Origin: Dehalococcoidia bacterium | Lineage (GTDB): Bacteria; Chloroflexota; Dehalococcoidia; Bin125 | Assembly: GCA_963662615.2 (NCBI GenBank) | Contig: CAXXSR010000001.1 | Span: forward strand, 640,001 to 704,000 | Direction: 5' to 3' | Length of the DNA stretch: 64,000 bases | Notes under the pieces: generated by a model | Told to the model about the DNA's origin: nothing | Databases searched by the model: none | What the model saw: the letters and a program-made list of their open reading frames with translations, nothing else | Shown here: one piece after another, positions 30,693 through 40,414 of the stretch | Layout of the letters: each line of letters starts with the position of its first letter | How positions within the stretch are numbered: position 1 is the stretch's first letter | Translations under genes and position numbers: made by a program

Positions 30693-32168
30693 CTAGTCCA
30701 TCTGCGCCCGCTGCAGCTTGCCGGAGTAGTCCACGTACACCGTCTTCCACTCCGTGTACGTGTCCAGCGCGGCCTGGCCGGCTTCCCGATGCCCGTTGCC
30801 CGTCCCCCGCGTGCCGCCAAAGGGCAGCTGGATCTCCGCGCCAATGGTGCCCGCGTTGACGTAGACCAGCCCCGTGCTGATCCCCTCGATTGCGCGAAAC
30901 GCGTGCGTCACGTTCTGCGTGTAGACGGACGTGGAGAGCCCGTACGGCACGCTGTTGGCGACATCGATCGCTTCTTCCAGGCCGTCCACCGCGATCACTG
31001 CGGTGACCGGCCCGAAGATCTCCTCCTGTGCAATCCGCATCTGCGGCGCCGCGCTGGTCAGCACCGTCGGCTCGAACCAGTAGCCGTCCTCGCCGCCGGC
31101 AACGCTGCCGATCGCCCCGCCACACGCCACCGTCGCCCCCTCCTCCCGGCCGATGGCCACGTAGCGAGCGATCTTCTCCAGCTGTGACGGATTGATGATC
31201 GGCCCCACGTCCGTGGCCTCGTCCATACCGGGACCGAGCCGCAGCCCCTTGGCGGCGTCGATCAGGCGGGCGCCGAACTCCTCCTGGATCGGTCCCTCTA
31301 CGATCACCCGGCTGGCGGCGGTGCAGCGCTGGCCGGAGGTCCCGAACGCGCTCCAGAGCACTCCCGTGAGCGCCAGATCCAGCTCCGCGTCGGCCAGAAC
31401 AATGATGGCGTTCTTGCCCCCCATTTCCAGGTGCACTCGCGTGCCCGTCTCGGCGCAGCGGACAGCCACCTGCCTTCCCACCGCGTTCGATCCGGTGAAC
31501 GAGATCAGGTGGACGCCGGGATGGTCGACCAGGGCGGCGCCCGGCTCGGCGCCCTCCCCCACCACCAGATTGACCACGCCGCCCGGGAGGCCCGCTTCCT
31601 CCAGCACTCGCACCAGGTTCCAGGCGCTCTTGGGGGTGAATTCAGAGGGCTTGAAGACCACCGTGTTGCCGCCAATGAGGGCCGGCATCAGCTTCCAGGT
31701 CGGGATGGCGACGGGGAAATTCCAGGGCGTGATTGCGCCCACGACGCCCACAGGCTGGCGCACCGCCATGGCGAACTTGTCGGGCGACTCGGACGGCACC
31801 GTCTCGCCGGACAGTCGCCGCCCCTCGCCCGCCATGTAGTAGGTCATGTCAATGCCCTCTTGCACGTCGCCCCGGGCCTCCGGCAGGACCTTGCCCATCT
31901 CCTCCACGAGATCGCGCGCCAGCTCCTCCTTCCGCGCCGCCATCATCTCCGCCGCGCGGAAGAGGATCTCGCCCCGTCTGGGCGCGGGCGTCGCCTGCCA
32001 TTCGGGCTGTGCCGCCCTCGCTGCCTCCACGGCGGCGGCGATATCGGCCGCGTCGGAGCTGGGAAAGGTGTGGATCGCCGCCCCCGTGGCCGGATTCCGA
32101 TTGGCAAATCTGCGTCCGCTCTGGGCCGGAACCCATTCACCGTTGATGTAGTTGTGGTATTGCTCCAT
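30693..32168 (-). CDS. Aldehyde dehydrogenase family protein
   Basis: ITPWNFP, SFTGS, LEMGGKN, GQRCTA, EEIFGPV. Confidence 0.96.
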   Translation of the reverse strand: MEQYHNYINGEWVPAQSGRRFANRNPATGAAIHTFPSSDAADIAAAVEAARAAQPEWQATPAPRRGEILFRAAEMMAARKEELARDLVEEMGKVLPEARGDVQEGIDMTYYMAGEGRRLSGETVPSESPDKFAMAVRQPVGVVGAITPWNFPVAIPTWKLMPALIGGNTVVFKPSEFTPKSAWNLVRVLEEAGLPGGVVNLVVGEGAEPGAALVDHPGVHLISFTGSNAVGRQVAVRCAETGTRVHLEMGGKNAIIVLADAELDLALTGVLWSAFGTSGQRCTAASRVIVEGPIQEEFGARLIDAAKGLRLGPGMDEATDVGPIINPSQLEKIARYVAIGREEGATVACGGAIGSVAGGEDGYWFEPTVLTSAAPQMRIAQEEIFGPVTAVIAVDGLEEAIDVANSVPYGLSTSVYTQNVTHAFRAIEGISTGLVYVNAGTIGAEIQLPFGGTRGTGNGHREAGQAALDTYTEWKTVYVDYSGKLQRAQMD

Positions 32169-32403
32169 CTGCTGCCCCCTTCCCCGCCTTCCGCCCGCTC
32201 GCGATCGCGCTGCCCCCGTGCCGCGATGCGACGCGCTCACCCCTGCCACGTCCCTGCTGGAGCAGTCCGCCTTCCGCCGGCCGTTGCGAGCAAGATCGAA
32301 GAGAGTGCGGGCGCGGGCAAAGCGGCGAACCGGAGCTGCGCGCGCACCAGCGCCCCCCGCCATGGCCAACGAAGCCGGCGGGGAGCGCGCGTCCCCCGTG
32401 CCG

Positions 32404-32796
32404 TTACGCCTTCCACCCCGCCACGTCGAAGTCGGCCGGCAGGAAGATGTAGAGCGCGCGCACCGGCCCCTCCAGCACGCGCCCGTTGTGTCCCTTGCCC
32501 GTGGAGTCGTCTGCCAAGAACGCATCCAGCGGCCCCCACTGCCGCTTCTGGCCGTCGCTGGTCTCGGCCTCTAACCTGCCCGCCAGGACCAGACCGATCA
32601 GCGGCGCGGCGACGTTGTGCCAACCCGACTCAAACCCCACCGGCAGCTCCAGGAGGCGCACACCCGAGGTGGGGATGTCGTTCGAGGCCAGGAACTTGAC
32701 GCCCAGCGCGTTCTCGGCCTCGGTCTCCACGGGGATCTCCAGCTCCTCGAACCTGGACTCCCCGTCCGCAGTGGCGTAGAACCGGGTCACTTTCAC
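32404..32796 (-). CDS. Cupin-like protein
   Basis: Y...DGESRFEE, WHN, DSTGKGH pattern; GAAGGAG RBS. Confidence 0.75.
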   Translation of the reverse strand: MKVTRFYATADGESRFEELEIPVETEAENALGVKFLASNDIPTSGVRLLELPVGFESGWHNVAAPLIGLVLAGRLEAETSDGQKRQWGPLDAFLADDSTGKGHNGRVLEGPVRALYIFLPADFDVAGWKA

Positions 32797-32865
32797 TGCA
32801 ATCTCCTTCGTTGCGGCCCTGCCGGGCGCATCCTAGCAAAGCCCTTCGCGGCCCCGACGACGCTC

Positions 32866-32940
32866 CCGTTCGCCTTGACCTGTCCTTGCCTTCCTGGGAA
32901 GGAGCCTGCCTGTCCTGAGCGCAGCCGAAGGGTCGAAGGG
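32866..32940. repeat. Palindromic mini-element, copy A (doubly nested)
   Basis: ccgttcgccttg[acctgtccttgccttcctgggaagg]agcct[gcctgtcctgagcgcagccgaagg]gtcgaaggg. Confidence 0.75.
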
Positions 32941-32993
32941 CCGCAGGCGCGACCGGCGCCTGCCCGCCGCCCTGACGACGCTGAGGAGAAAGA

Positions 32994-33070
32994 TGGTCGG
33001 GGTGGGCGGATTCGAACCGCCGGCCTCACGGCCCCAAACCGCGCGCTCTACCAGGCTGAGCTACACCCCG
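32994..33070 (-). tRNA. tRNA-Pro(TGG)
   Basis: 77 nt cggggtgtagctcagcctggtagagc...; anticodon arm cgcgg-ttTGGgg-ccgtg; encoded CCA. Confidence 0.96.
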
Positions 33071-33139
33071 CTGCACTCCGAGCGGTGGCTCCGCTCTACG
33101 CTATGCCGCCACCCCGGCCGCTCGCAAGTCACGCTGCCT

Positions 33140-34084
33140 CTAGCCGTTCCGGGCCGCCCCGACCAGCTCCGAGATCGACTCCACCCCTTGCTCCCGGCAG
33201 TACGCCCCCAGCTCCTCCAACACATGCAGCGGCGCCAGCGGGTCGCGGAACGTGGCCGTCCCTACCTGCACCGCGCTCGCCCCGGCCAGGATGTACTCGG
33301 CCGCATCCCGACCGCTGCAGATGCCGCCGCTGCCGATCACCGGAATGGTCACCTCTCGCGCCGTCTCCCAGACCAGGCGCAGCGCCTGGGGCCGGATCGC
33401 CGGCCCCGTCAGGCCGGCCGTGGGCCGCTGCGTGCGCGGCCGCCGCGTGTACACGTCAATGGCCATCCCCAGGAACGAATTGGCGACGCAGAGGGCATGC
33501 GCGCCCGCCGCCTCCACCGCCACCGCCAGCGGCACGATGTCCGTCACGTTGGGGGTCAACTTCACGATCACGGGCAGCGTCGTGGCGCTCACCGTCGCCG
33601 CCGTCACCTCGGCCGCCGCCCTCGGATCCTGCCCGAACTCCATCCCCCCCACGTCCAGATTGGGACAAGAGATATTCAGCTCCAGACCCGCCACGCCCGG
33701 CACGCCGTCCAGCTCCCCCGCCAGCGTCGCGAACTCGCCCACCGTCTCCCCGAGCACGTTGACGACGACCGGCGTGTCCCAGGTCGCCCACACCGGACAG
33801 ACGTCCCGCACCAGCTTGCGCAGGCCGATGTTCTGGAAGCCAATGCTGTTGAGCATCCCCGCCGGCGTCTCCACGATGCGCGGCGTCGGATTTCCTTTGC
33901 GCGGCTGCAGCGTCAGCCCCTTGGAGACGACGGCCCCCAGCCGCTGGACATCGAAGACCTTGCTGAACTCCAGCCCGTTGCCAAACGTGCCAGAGCCGGT
34001 CATGACCGGGTTGCGCAGGACAAGGCTGCGCTTGCAGTTGGGCGCCAGGTCCACGGACAGGTCCAGCTCCACGGCGCGGGTCAT
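33140..34084 (-). CDS. pyrD: Dihydroorotate dehydrogenase family 1B catalytic subunit
   Basis: NPVMTGSGTFG, GMLNSIG.QN, ELNISCPN, KLTPNVTDI. Confidence 0.96.
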   Translation of the reverse strand: MTRAVELDLSVDLAPNCKRSLVLRNPVMTGSGTFGNGLEFSKVFDVQRLGAVVSKGLTLQPRKGNPTPRIVETPAGMLNSIGFQNIGLRKLVRDVCPVWATWDTPVVVNVLGETVGEFATLAGELDGVPGVAGLELNISCPNLDVGGMEFGQDPRAAAEVTAATVSATTLPVIVKLTPNVTDIVPLAVAVEAAGAHALCVANSFLGMAIDVYTRRPRTQRPTAGLTGPAIRPQALRLVWETAREVTIPVIGSGGICSGRDAAEYILAGASAVQVGTATFRDPLAPLHVLEELGAYCREQGVESISELVGAARNG

Positions 34085-34182
34085 CGTGGCCTTCCCCTCC
34101 GGCCGATTCTAGATCGCCGCCCGGTCTCCGAGTCGAGCGGCCGGTCCAGCGCCGCGCGGGGGAGGGTATGGGGACGCGGGCA

Positions 34183-34218
34183 CAAGACAAACCGCCCTTC
34201 CGGATCGGAAGGGCGGTG
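34183..34218 (-). terminator. Intrinsic terminator after the small zinc-ribbon gene
   Basis: Minus strand accgcccttccg-atc-cggaagggcggt followed by ttgtcttg. Confidence 0.7.
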
Positions 34219-34253
34219 CCATGGCCCGTAGGCCGTGCTGCCGGTCCAAACTC

Positions 34254-34547
34254 TCAGGCGGGGACCACATTCTCCCCCGACACCGGCTCTTCCAGGGCGC
34301 GGCGGCGGCGGGAGGTCCCCATCTCGTTCCAGCGCGAGCGCCCCTCCGCCCCGTCCCAGATGGAGTCTTCCGAGGAGTTGGGGAACTTCCGCTGGCGACC
34401 GCACAACTTACAGTGCCCGGCGCTCTTGGGCCCGTTTGGGGGATCGATCACCCAGTGGTGGTGACACCGCGGCCTGCGACGGCCGCGCGCCGGCATCCCC
34501 GGGGCGCTCGCTCGAGTGCCGCGGGTGCCAATGGTGTTCGTCGCCAT
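34254..34547 (-). CDS. Small basic Cys/His zinc-ribbon-like protein
   Basis: CHHHWVI.PPNGPKS.G.CKLCG...F.NS; GGGAGG RBS; downstream terminator. Confidence 0.75.
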   Translation of the reverse strand: MATNTIGTRGTRASAPGMPARGRRRPRCHHHWVIDPPNGPKSAGHCKLCGRQRKFPNSSEDSIWDGAEGRSRWNEMGTSRRRRALEEPVSGENVVPA

Positions 34548-34625
34548 GCCTCCCGCAATTCCTTCCTGCCAACCCCCGCAGGCGCTCTTCGCGCGTCGCC
34601 TAAAGAGTCCTCACCGATGCAATCA

Positions 34626-34718
34626 TTGACAGCGATCTTGCCCACTGTCAAGGATCATAAGCAAAATACGGTATCCAACGTGTAAACCTTGACACCTTCG
34701 CTCAACCGTCAATACGAT
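34626..34718. promoter_or_regulatory. Divergent promoter region with two TTGAC...GTCAA inverted repeats
   Basis: ttgacag-N12-ctgtcaa (34626-34651); ttgac-N14-gtcaa (34689-34712) inside TTGACA-18-TACGAT. Confidence 0.65.
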
Positions 34719-34783
34719 GGATCAAGCCGGAGAGATTCGTGCCCACCACCCGGCGGCTCTCTCTGGTCCCTGGCGGAGGTCCG

Positions 34784-35416
34784 ATGCACGCGACGCGCGA
34801 GCGGATCCTCGCCCACCTCAAGCGGCAGCCGCGAGCCAGCGTGGGCGCGCTCGCTGAATCCCTTGACCTCGCTTCCATGACCGTTCGCCAGCACCTCACC
34901 AAGATGTCCGGCGATGGCCTCGTCGAAGCCCAGGCCGAGCGCCGCCCCACCGGTCGCCCCGCCCACGTGTATTCCCTGACGCCGAAAGGGGAGGATCGGT
35001 TCCCCAAGGCCTACGATCGACTCGCCAAGCTCCTCTTGGAGGAAGTCACCGCCCTCGACCCCGAAGAGATCGTCGGCCTCAGCCCCGAACAGCGGCGCGC
35101 GCTCCTCTTTCGCCGCAGCGCCCAGCGCGCGGCCGAGCCGCATCGGGCCGAATTGGAACGCCTGCAAGGCCGCCCGCGGCTGGAGGCAGCCGCGGCCATC
35201 ATGCGGGGTGAGAGCGGTTTCACGGAGTTGGAAGACTCCAGCGCCGGCGTCCTGGTCCGGGAATACAACTGTGTCTACAAGCGCGTGGTGGAAGAGCATA
35301 ACGACGTCTGTATCTTCCACACGGAATACGTCAGTCTGCTCGTAGGGGCGCCCGTTGAGCTTGAAGGGTGCCAGTGCGACGGCGCCAACGCCTGCACGTT
35401 TCGCGTCTCCCTGTAG
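34784..35416 (+). CDS. SufR-like wHTH transcriptional regulator with C-terminal Cys cluster
   Basis: TVRQHL...GLV....GRP...YSLT.KG..FPKAY; YNC-x12-C...C. Confidence 0.85.
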   Translation: MHATRERILAHLKRQPRASVGALAESLDLASMTVRQHLTKMSGDGLVEAQAERRPTGRPAHVYSLTPKGEDRFPKAYDRLAKLLLEEVTALDPEEIVGLSPEQRRALLFRRSAQRAAEPHRAELERLQGRPRLEAAAAIMRGESGFTELEDSSAGVLVREYNCVYKRVVEEHNDVCIFHTEYVSLLVGAPVELEGCQCDGANACTFRVSL

Positions 35417-35461
35417 GAGGCGGACGCCCCGGCGCAACGCCCTACTCCGGAGGAGTGCTGC

Positions 35462-36514
35462 ATGGCGATCACGGAAGCGGCGGTCCTGGCCGCCCTGAGC
35501 GAGGTCCAGGATCCGGAACTACACCGCGACCTGGTCACGCTCAACATGATTCAGGACTTGGTGGTAGAGAATGAAACCGTCTCTCTGAAGGTCGTTCTCA
35601 CCACCCCCGCCTGCCCCCTCCGCGGCCAGATCGAATCCGAAGTCACTGCTGCCCTCAACGCCGCCGGCGCCAAGGACGTCAACATTGCCTGGGGCGCCAG
35701 CGTGCCCTCGTTCGCCCAGCCGGATGGCCCGGAGCCCATTGAGGGCGTCAAGAACATCGTCGCTATTGCCTCCAACAAGGGCGGCGTGGGCAAGTCCACT
35801 GTCGCCTCCAACCTCGCCGTGGCCCTCGCGCACGCCGGCGCCGCCGTAGGCCTCATCGACGCCGACATCACCGGCCCCAACCTCCCCACCATGTTCGGCT
35901 TGTCCGCCGGCTTTCAGGCGCAGAGCGAACAAGGGCTCCATCCCGTTGAGCGCTACGGCGTCAAGCTCATCTCGCTCGGCTTCCTGCTCCCGCCCAATTC
36001 GCCGGTCGTCTGGCGCGGCCCCATGATCGGCAGCGGCGTCCGCCAGCTCCTCCACGATGTCACCTGGGGCGAGATCGACTATCTCTTCGTCGATCTTCCC
36101 CCCGGCACCAGCGACGCTCCCATGTCCATGGCGCAGCAGGCGCCCATCGCCGGCGCCATCATCGTCTCCACGCCCCAGCCCGTCGCGCTGGAGGACGCCG
36201 GCAAGGCCATTACCATGTTTGAAAAGCTCAACGTGCCCATCTTCGGCATCATTGAGAACATGTCCTACTTCATCACTCCCGACACGGGCCACCGCGTGGA
36301 GATCTTTGGCCACGGCGGCGCCCGTGAGGCGGCCGACGAGCACGGCATCGACTTTCTCGGCGAGATTCCGCTGGCCACGGAACTGCGCCGCGCCGGCGAC
36401 GAGGGCCACCCCCTCGTCGAATCTGATCCCTACTCGCCGGTCAGCCAGGCCTTCACGCAGATCGCCCAGACGATCGCGGCCAAATTGAGCGTCTTGACCC
36501 TCATGCAGACCTAG
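35462..36514 (+). CDS. mrp: Mrp/ApbC (NBP35 family) Fe-S carrier ATPase
   Basis: LTTPACP, KGGVGKST, WRGPM, DLPPGTSD, GIIENMS. Confidence 0.95.
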   Translation: MAITEAAVLAALSEVQDPELHRDLVTLNMIQDLVVENETVSLKVVLTTPACPLRGQIESEVTAALNAAGAKDVNIAWGASVPSFAQPDGPEPIEGVKNIVAIASNKGGVGKSTVASNLAVALAHAGAAVGLIDADITGPNLPTMFGLSAGFQAQSEQGLHPVERYGVKLISLGFLLPPNSPVVWRGPMIGSGVRQLLHDVTWGEIDYLFVDLPPGTSDAPMSMAQQAPIAGAIIVSTPQPVALEDAGKAITMFEKLNVPIFGIIENMSYFITPDTGHRVEIFGHGGAREAADEHGIDFLGEIPLATELRRAGDEGHPLVESDPYSPVSQAFTQIAQTIAAKLSVLTLMQT

Positions 36515-36523
36515 GGGCACACC

Positions 36524-37645
36524 GTGGCACGATTCCTCCGGCGATCGCCGGACAACGCATCCGAGCACATCTCCACTTCTGAGACCGTCGATCCACCCAC
36601 TTCTGAGCCCGCCGATCCACCCAAGCGCACGTCCCGGCGCGGACGCGGGCGAGGGGCGGCTAAAGCGGCGACGGCGGCCACGGAGACGACGGCGACTTCG
36701 AGCGATCGCGGCGCTGCCGAGAGCGCGCCCTCGCCCCGCTCCGACCGCGCCCGCGCGGCATCCCGCAGCCCGCAGGCTCCGGCTCCCGCCCCCCCGCCGG
36801 CCGCCACCAAGAGCGCCGAGGCGCCCAAGCGCAAGCGTGCCCCGCGCCGGGCCAAGCAAGACGCGCCGGCCAAGCAAAGTGCAACGGCCCAGCAAGGCGC
36901 GACGGCGAAGCAAGGCGCAACAGCGAAGCAAGGCGCAACAGCGAAGCAAGGCGCAACAGCGAAGCCCGCCGCCGCTTCAGATGGCGAAAGCGACATCGCT
37001 CAACTCCTGCGGCAGCAGGCCGAGCTCATGGAGAAGCAGACGGCGCTGCTGGGCTCGCTCCTGGAGGCGCAGAAGCAAGAGGGCCGCCACATCGAGGAGC
37101 TGGTCCGCCGCCGGGCGCCCCTGGAATCCGACGGCGACGGGCTCTCCCTGGCGCTCAAGCCCCGTCTCGCCGTCTTCGTCGACGTCCCCAACATCCTCTA
37201 CGGCGCGGAACGGTCCGGAGTCACGCTGGATTGGGCCAAGGTCGCCAACTTCCTCTCGCGCGGCCGCACCCTCGTCCGCGCCGTCGCCTACGCCCCCATC
37301 TCCGACGACCCCAGCGCCCGCCAAGAGAACGAGCGCTTCGTCGTGCCCTTCCTGGACAAGGGCTACCGCATCGTCACCAAACCGCTCAAGCGCTTCGCCG
37401 GCGGCAGCGTCAAGGCCAACTTCGACGTCGAACTCGCCATCGACATCCTCACCATGGCCGACCGTTTGGACGTCATCGCCCTCGCCTCGGGCGACGGCGA
37501 TTTCCGCCGCCTGGTCGAGATCGTCGGCAGCCAGGGCGTGCGCGTGGAGGTGATCGCCTTCGGCCACAGCACCTCCGACGATCTCCGCGCCGCCGCCGAC
37601 CGCTACATCGATATCGCCGCGTACATCCCGGAACTCAGCGCCTAG
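36524..37645 (+). CDS. NYN/LabA-DUF88 (PIN-like) protein with long disordered N-terminus
   Basis: VFVDVPNI, KANFDVELAID, SGDGDF, LRAAADRYIDI; N-terminal tandem repeats. Confidence 0.9.
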   Translation: MARFLRRSPDNASEHISTSETVDPPTSEPADPPKRTSRRGRGRGAAKAATAATETTATSSDRGAAESAPSPRSDRARAASRSPQAPAPAPPPAATKSAEAPKRKRAPRRAKQDAPAKQSATAQQGATAKQGATAKQGATAKQGATAKPAAASDGESDIAQLLRQQAELMEKQTALLGSLLEAQKQEGRHIEELVRRRAPLESDGDGLSLALKPRLAVFVDVPNILYGAERSGVTLDWAKVANFLSRGRTLVRAVAYAPISDDPSARQENERFVVPFLDKGYRIVTKPLKRFAGGSVKANFDVELAIDILTMADRLDVIALASGDGDFRRLVEIVGSQGVRVEVIAFGHSTSDDLRAAADRYIDIAAYIPELSA

Positions 37646-37735
37646 CGTTCCCCGCCCGCGCTCCCCACGACGGACCAGCGAGACGAGAGCGGCGGATGCG
37701 CGCACTCGTCCGGCTGGGCGCCGCCCCGGCGCGGA

Positions 37736-38581
37736 TCAGGGAAGCGGCCGGAACACCCGCTTGCCGCCGTCCTGCACGGCGTGCCCCAGGCCGGGGAAGG
37801 GGAAGTGGCCGCTGGCGATCAGCGCCCCCTCCTCCTCAATGCGATCGAACAGGGCCAGGCGGTTCCGCGCTGCCTCCTCTGGATCAAGGTCGGCCGACGC
37901 GCACCAGCTTGTCTCGGTGAGCTGCTCCGGTTGATGGGCCGCGTCGCCAAGGAGGTAGGCGCGTTCGCCGCCGCTGGCGACGACGAAGGAGACGTGTCCG
38001 GGCGTGTGTCCCGGCGTGGGCACCGTCACCACCTCGCTGGTGACCGCGTGCTCGCCCTCCACCAGGTCCAGCTGGCCGGCCCGCTCAATGGGGGCCAGCA
38101 AGGTGTCGTAGTCCGACGAGCGCGCCGCCCCCTTGGCCGGGCCCGTCCAGTATTCCCACTCGCGTCGCTGCACCACGTGGCGCGCGTTGGGGAACAGCGG
38201 CACGGGGCTGCCCCCTTCGTCCACGGTGTTCCAGCCGCAGTGGTCAAAGTGGAGATGCGTGAACACCACAACCTCCACCGCTTCCGGCTTCACACCGGCC
38301 GCCTCCATCACCTCGGGAAGCGCCGCCGGCTCCTGTAGCGCCATCGGCGAGGGACGCCCGCCGATCCCCGTATCAACCAGGATCGTCCGGCCGGCGCTGT
38401 GAATCAGCCAGACGCCCAGGTTGAGCGTGAGATTGCCGTCGGCGTCCAGCAGCTCCCTGTAGGGGTCCCACGCCTCGGCCGGCACCGAAGGGAAGAACTC
38501 ACCCGGTGCCCGCGCCACCCAGCTGTCGCGCAACGCGATCAGCTCCGCATTGCCTATCCGCGTCTTGTGGAATCGGGCCAT
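37736..38581 (-). CDS. MBL-fold metallo-hydrolase (AHL-lactonase-like subgroup)
   Basis: LVDTG, THLHFDHCG, TPGHTPGH, GDAAH. Confidence 0.93.
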   Translation of the reverse strand: MARFHKTRIGNAELIALRDSWVARAPGEFFPSVPAEAWDPYRELLDADGNLTLNLGVWLIHSAGRTILVDTGIGGRPSPMALQEPAALPEVMEAAGVKPEAVEVVVFTHLHFDHCGWNTVDEGGSPVPLFPNARHVVQRREWEYWTGPAKGAARSSDYDTLLAPIERAGQLDLVEGEHAVTSEVVTVPTPGHTPGHVSFVVASGGERAYLLGDAAHQPEQLTETSWCASADLDPEEAARNRLALFDRIEEEGALIASGHFPFPGLGHAVQDGGKRVFRPLP

Positions 38582-38597
38582 GCGACGCTCCCCCCTG

Positions 38598-39395
38598 TCA
38601 GGCTCGCCCCTCGCGCCTCTTCAACGCAGCTTTGAGCTCCCGCAACCGTGTTCGCGCCAAGGTAGCGTACCCCTCCACCGACTCGATCAGCAGCCAGTCG
38701 CGCCCGTGCTGCGCCGCCGCCAGCGCCAGTGTCCCCGCCCCGCCGAAGGGGTCCAGCACCACCTCGCCCGGCTTCGTCGCCACCAGGATCAGCCGCTCCA
38801 CCAGCGCCAGCGGTTTCTGCGACGGGTGCTTCCCGTGCGCGCGCTCTCCCTTCGGTGTGACCGAGAACTCCCAGAGGTTGCGCAACTGCCGGCCGTTGTT
38901 CATCTCCTTGGCGTCCCAGTAGTTGAACGTCCAGCCCGTCGCCTTCCCTTTCCCCGACGGCGTCCCGTTCACCGCCCAGACCAGGTGCTCCGTGCTCTCC
39001 GTCAGCGTGCGCGCCGTGATGTTGGGCTGCGCGTTCGGCTTGTACCAGACGATGGAGTTGAGGATGCGACGGTCCAGCCCGCTTTGGAGGATGAACCCAA
39101 GCTGATAGATGTTGTGGTACGTGCCGAAGACAATGATGTTGCCGTTCGGCTTGACCACCCGGCAGACCTCGCGCAGCCATTCCACGTTGAAGCGGAAGAA
39201 GTCGTCGTCACCGAAGCGGTCCCACGATTCCTGCATCGTCACGTGCGAGGAGAAGGCCCAGCCCAGCCCCCGCTTCTTGCTCATGTTGAAGGGTGGGTCG
39301 GCGATGCAGTGATCGAAGCAGCCGTCCGGCCAGCCCCGCAACACTGCCAGCGCGTCGCCGTGGATGATCTTGTTGTGGGGCGGCTTGCGGGGCAT
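38598..39395 (-). CDS. Orphan N6/N4 DNA methyltransferase, beta class
   Basis: IADPPFN before HPSQKP and VLDPFGGAGT. Confidence 0.93.
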   Translation of the reverse strand: MPRKPPHNKIIHGDALAVLRGWPDGCFDHCIADPPFNMSKKRGLGWAFSSHVTMQESWDRFGDDDFFRFNVEWLREVCRVVKPNGNIIVFGTYHNIYQLGFILQSGLDRRILNSIVWYKPNAQPNITARTLTESTEHLVWAVNGTPSGKGKATGWTFNYWDAKEMNNGRQLRNLWEFSVTPKGERAHGKHPSQKPLALVERLILVATKPGEVVLDPFGGAGTLALAAAQHGRDWLLIESVEGYATLARTRLRELKAALKRREGRA

Positions 39396-39491
39396 GCCCC
39401 ATTAGATCATGCCGCCGATCGAGAGGGAAGGCCCTCCGCCGCCCGACCCGCTAGCATGACGCCGCTGTCCCGTCGCAGCGTGGAGGAGTCA

Positions 39492-39992
39492 ATGCCCGAG
39501 CACCGCTTCCCCGTTGAGGCGGGCCACATCCTGCTCTTCGCCCGCGCCATGGGCGACCCCAACCCCATCTACGCCGATGCCGACTACGCGCAGACCACCG
39601 AGGTCGGCGGCATCATCGCCCCGCCCACCTTCGAGCGCGCCAGCGTCCAGTTCGACCCCAGCTACCACCTGCGTCCCAAGAGCGGCGAGCCCTGGTTCGG
39701 CTCCGGCCGCGAGCCCTCCGGCGGCCCGCATCCGCAGGCTCCCGAGGGCGGCACCGCCATGCACGCCGAGCAGCACTACGAATACCACCGGCCCCTCCGC
39801 CCCGGCGACCTCCTCACCGTCAAGACCAGACCGGGCAAGCGCTGGGAGCGCGCGGGCCGCCGCGCCGGCACGCTCTCCTTCGCCGAGACGGTCCATGACT
39901 ACTATGACCTGCACGGCGACCTGGTGATGACCGCCCGCCACATCCGCGTCCGCACCGAGCGCGTCGTCGATCAGGAGGAGGAGCGGGCATGA
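39492..39992 (+). CDS. MaoC-like dehydratase, N-terminal-type subunit
   Basis: FARAMGDPNPIY, IAPPTF, HAEQHYEYHRPLRPGD; GGAGG RBS. Confidence 0.9.
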   Translation: MPEHRFPVEAGHILLFARAMGDPNPIYADADYAQTTEVGGIIAPPTFERASVQFDPSYHLRPKSGEPWFGSGREPSGGPHPQAPEGGTAMHAEQHYEYHRPLRPGDLLTVKTRPGKRWERAGRRAGTLSFAETVHDYYDLHGDLVMTARHIRVRTERVVDQEEERA

Positions 39993-40414
39993 CGCCGCTG
40001 AAGGCGAGCCGGCTCCACGCGGGTGACACCTACGATGAGGTCGTCGTCGACAACCTCAGCCGCACCCAGATCGTCATGTACGCCGGCGCCTCCGGCGACT
40101 ACAATCCCCTCCACACCGACGAGGTCTGGGCCACTAAGGTCGCCGGCTACCCCACCGTCTTCGCGCACGGCATGCTGACCATGGGCCTCACCGGCAAGGC
40201 GCTCACCAATTACGTGGGCGACGGCCGCCTCACGAGATTCAGCGTCCGCTTCACACGACAGGTTTGGCCGGGTGATACGCTCACCTCGAAAGTCACCGTG
40301 GAGGCGCTGCGCCAAGAGGACGGCGGGCACTACGTCGATTTGGCCGTCTCGACGGTGAACCAGGACGGGCATGAGGTCGTGCGGGGCAACGCCACCGCCC
40401 TGATCGACGCGTAA
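39989..40414 (+). CDS. MaoC family (R)-hydratase/dehydratase
   Basis: YAGASGDYNPLH, FAHGML. Confidence 0.93.
   Translation: MTPLKASRLHAGDTYDEVVVDNLSRTQIVMYAGASGDYNPLHTDEVWATKVAGYPTVFAHGMLTMGLTGKALTNYVGDGRLTRFSVRFTRQVWPGDTLTSKVTVEALRQEDGGHYVDLAVSTVNQDGHEVVRGNATALIDA

Noticed and set aside
25005-32993. Genomic island between tRNA-Arg and tRNA-Pro
   Set aside because: No integrase and no duplicated tRNA 3' end seen; content is largely ordinary.
35492-35510. gccctgagcgaggtccagg in mrp resembles the mini-element
   Set aside because: Encodes the normal ALS.V.DP start of Mrp proteins; no GTCGAAGG arm.
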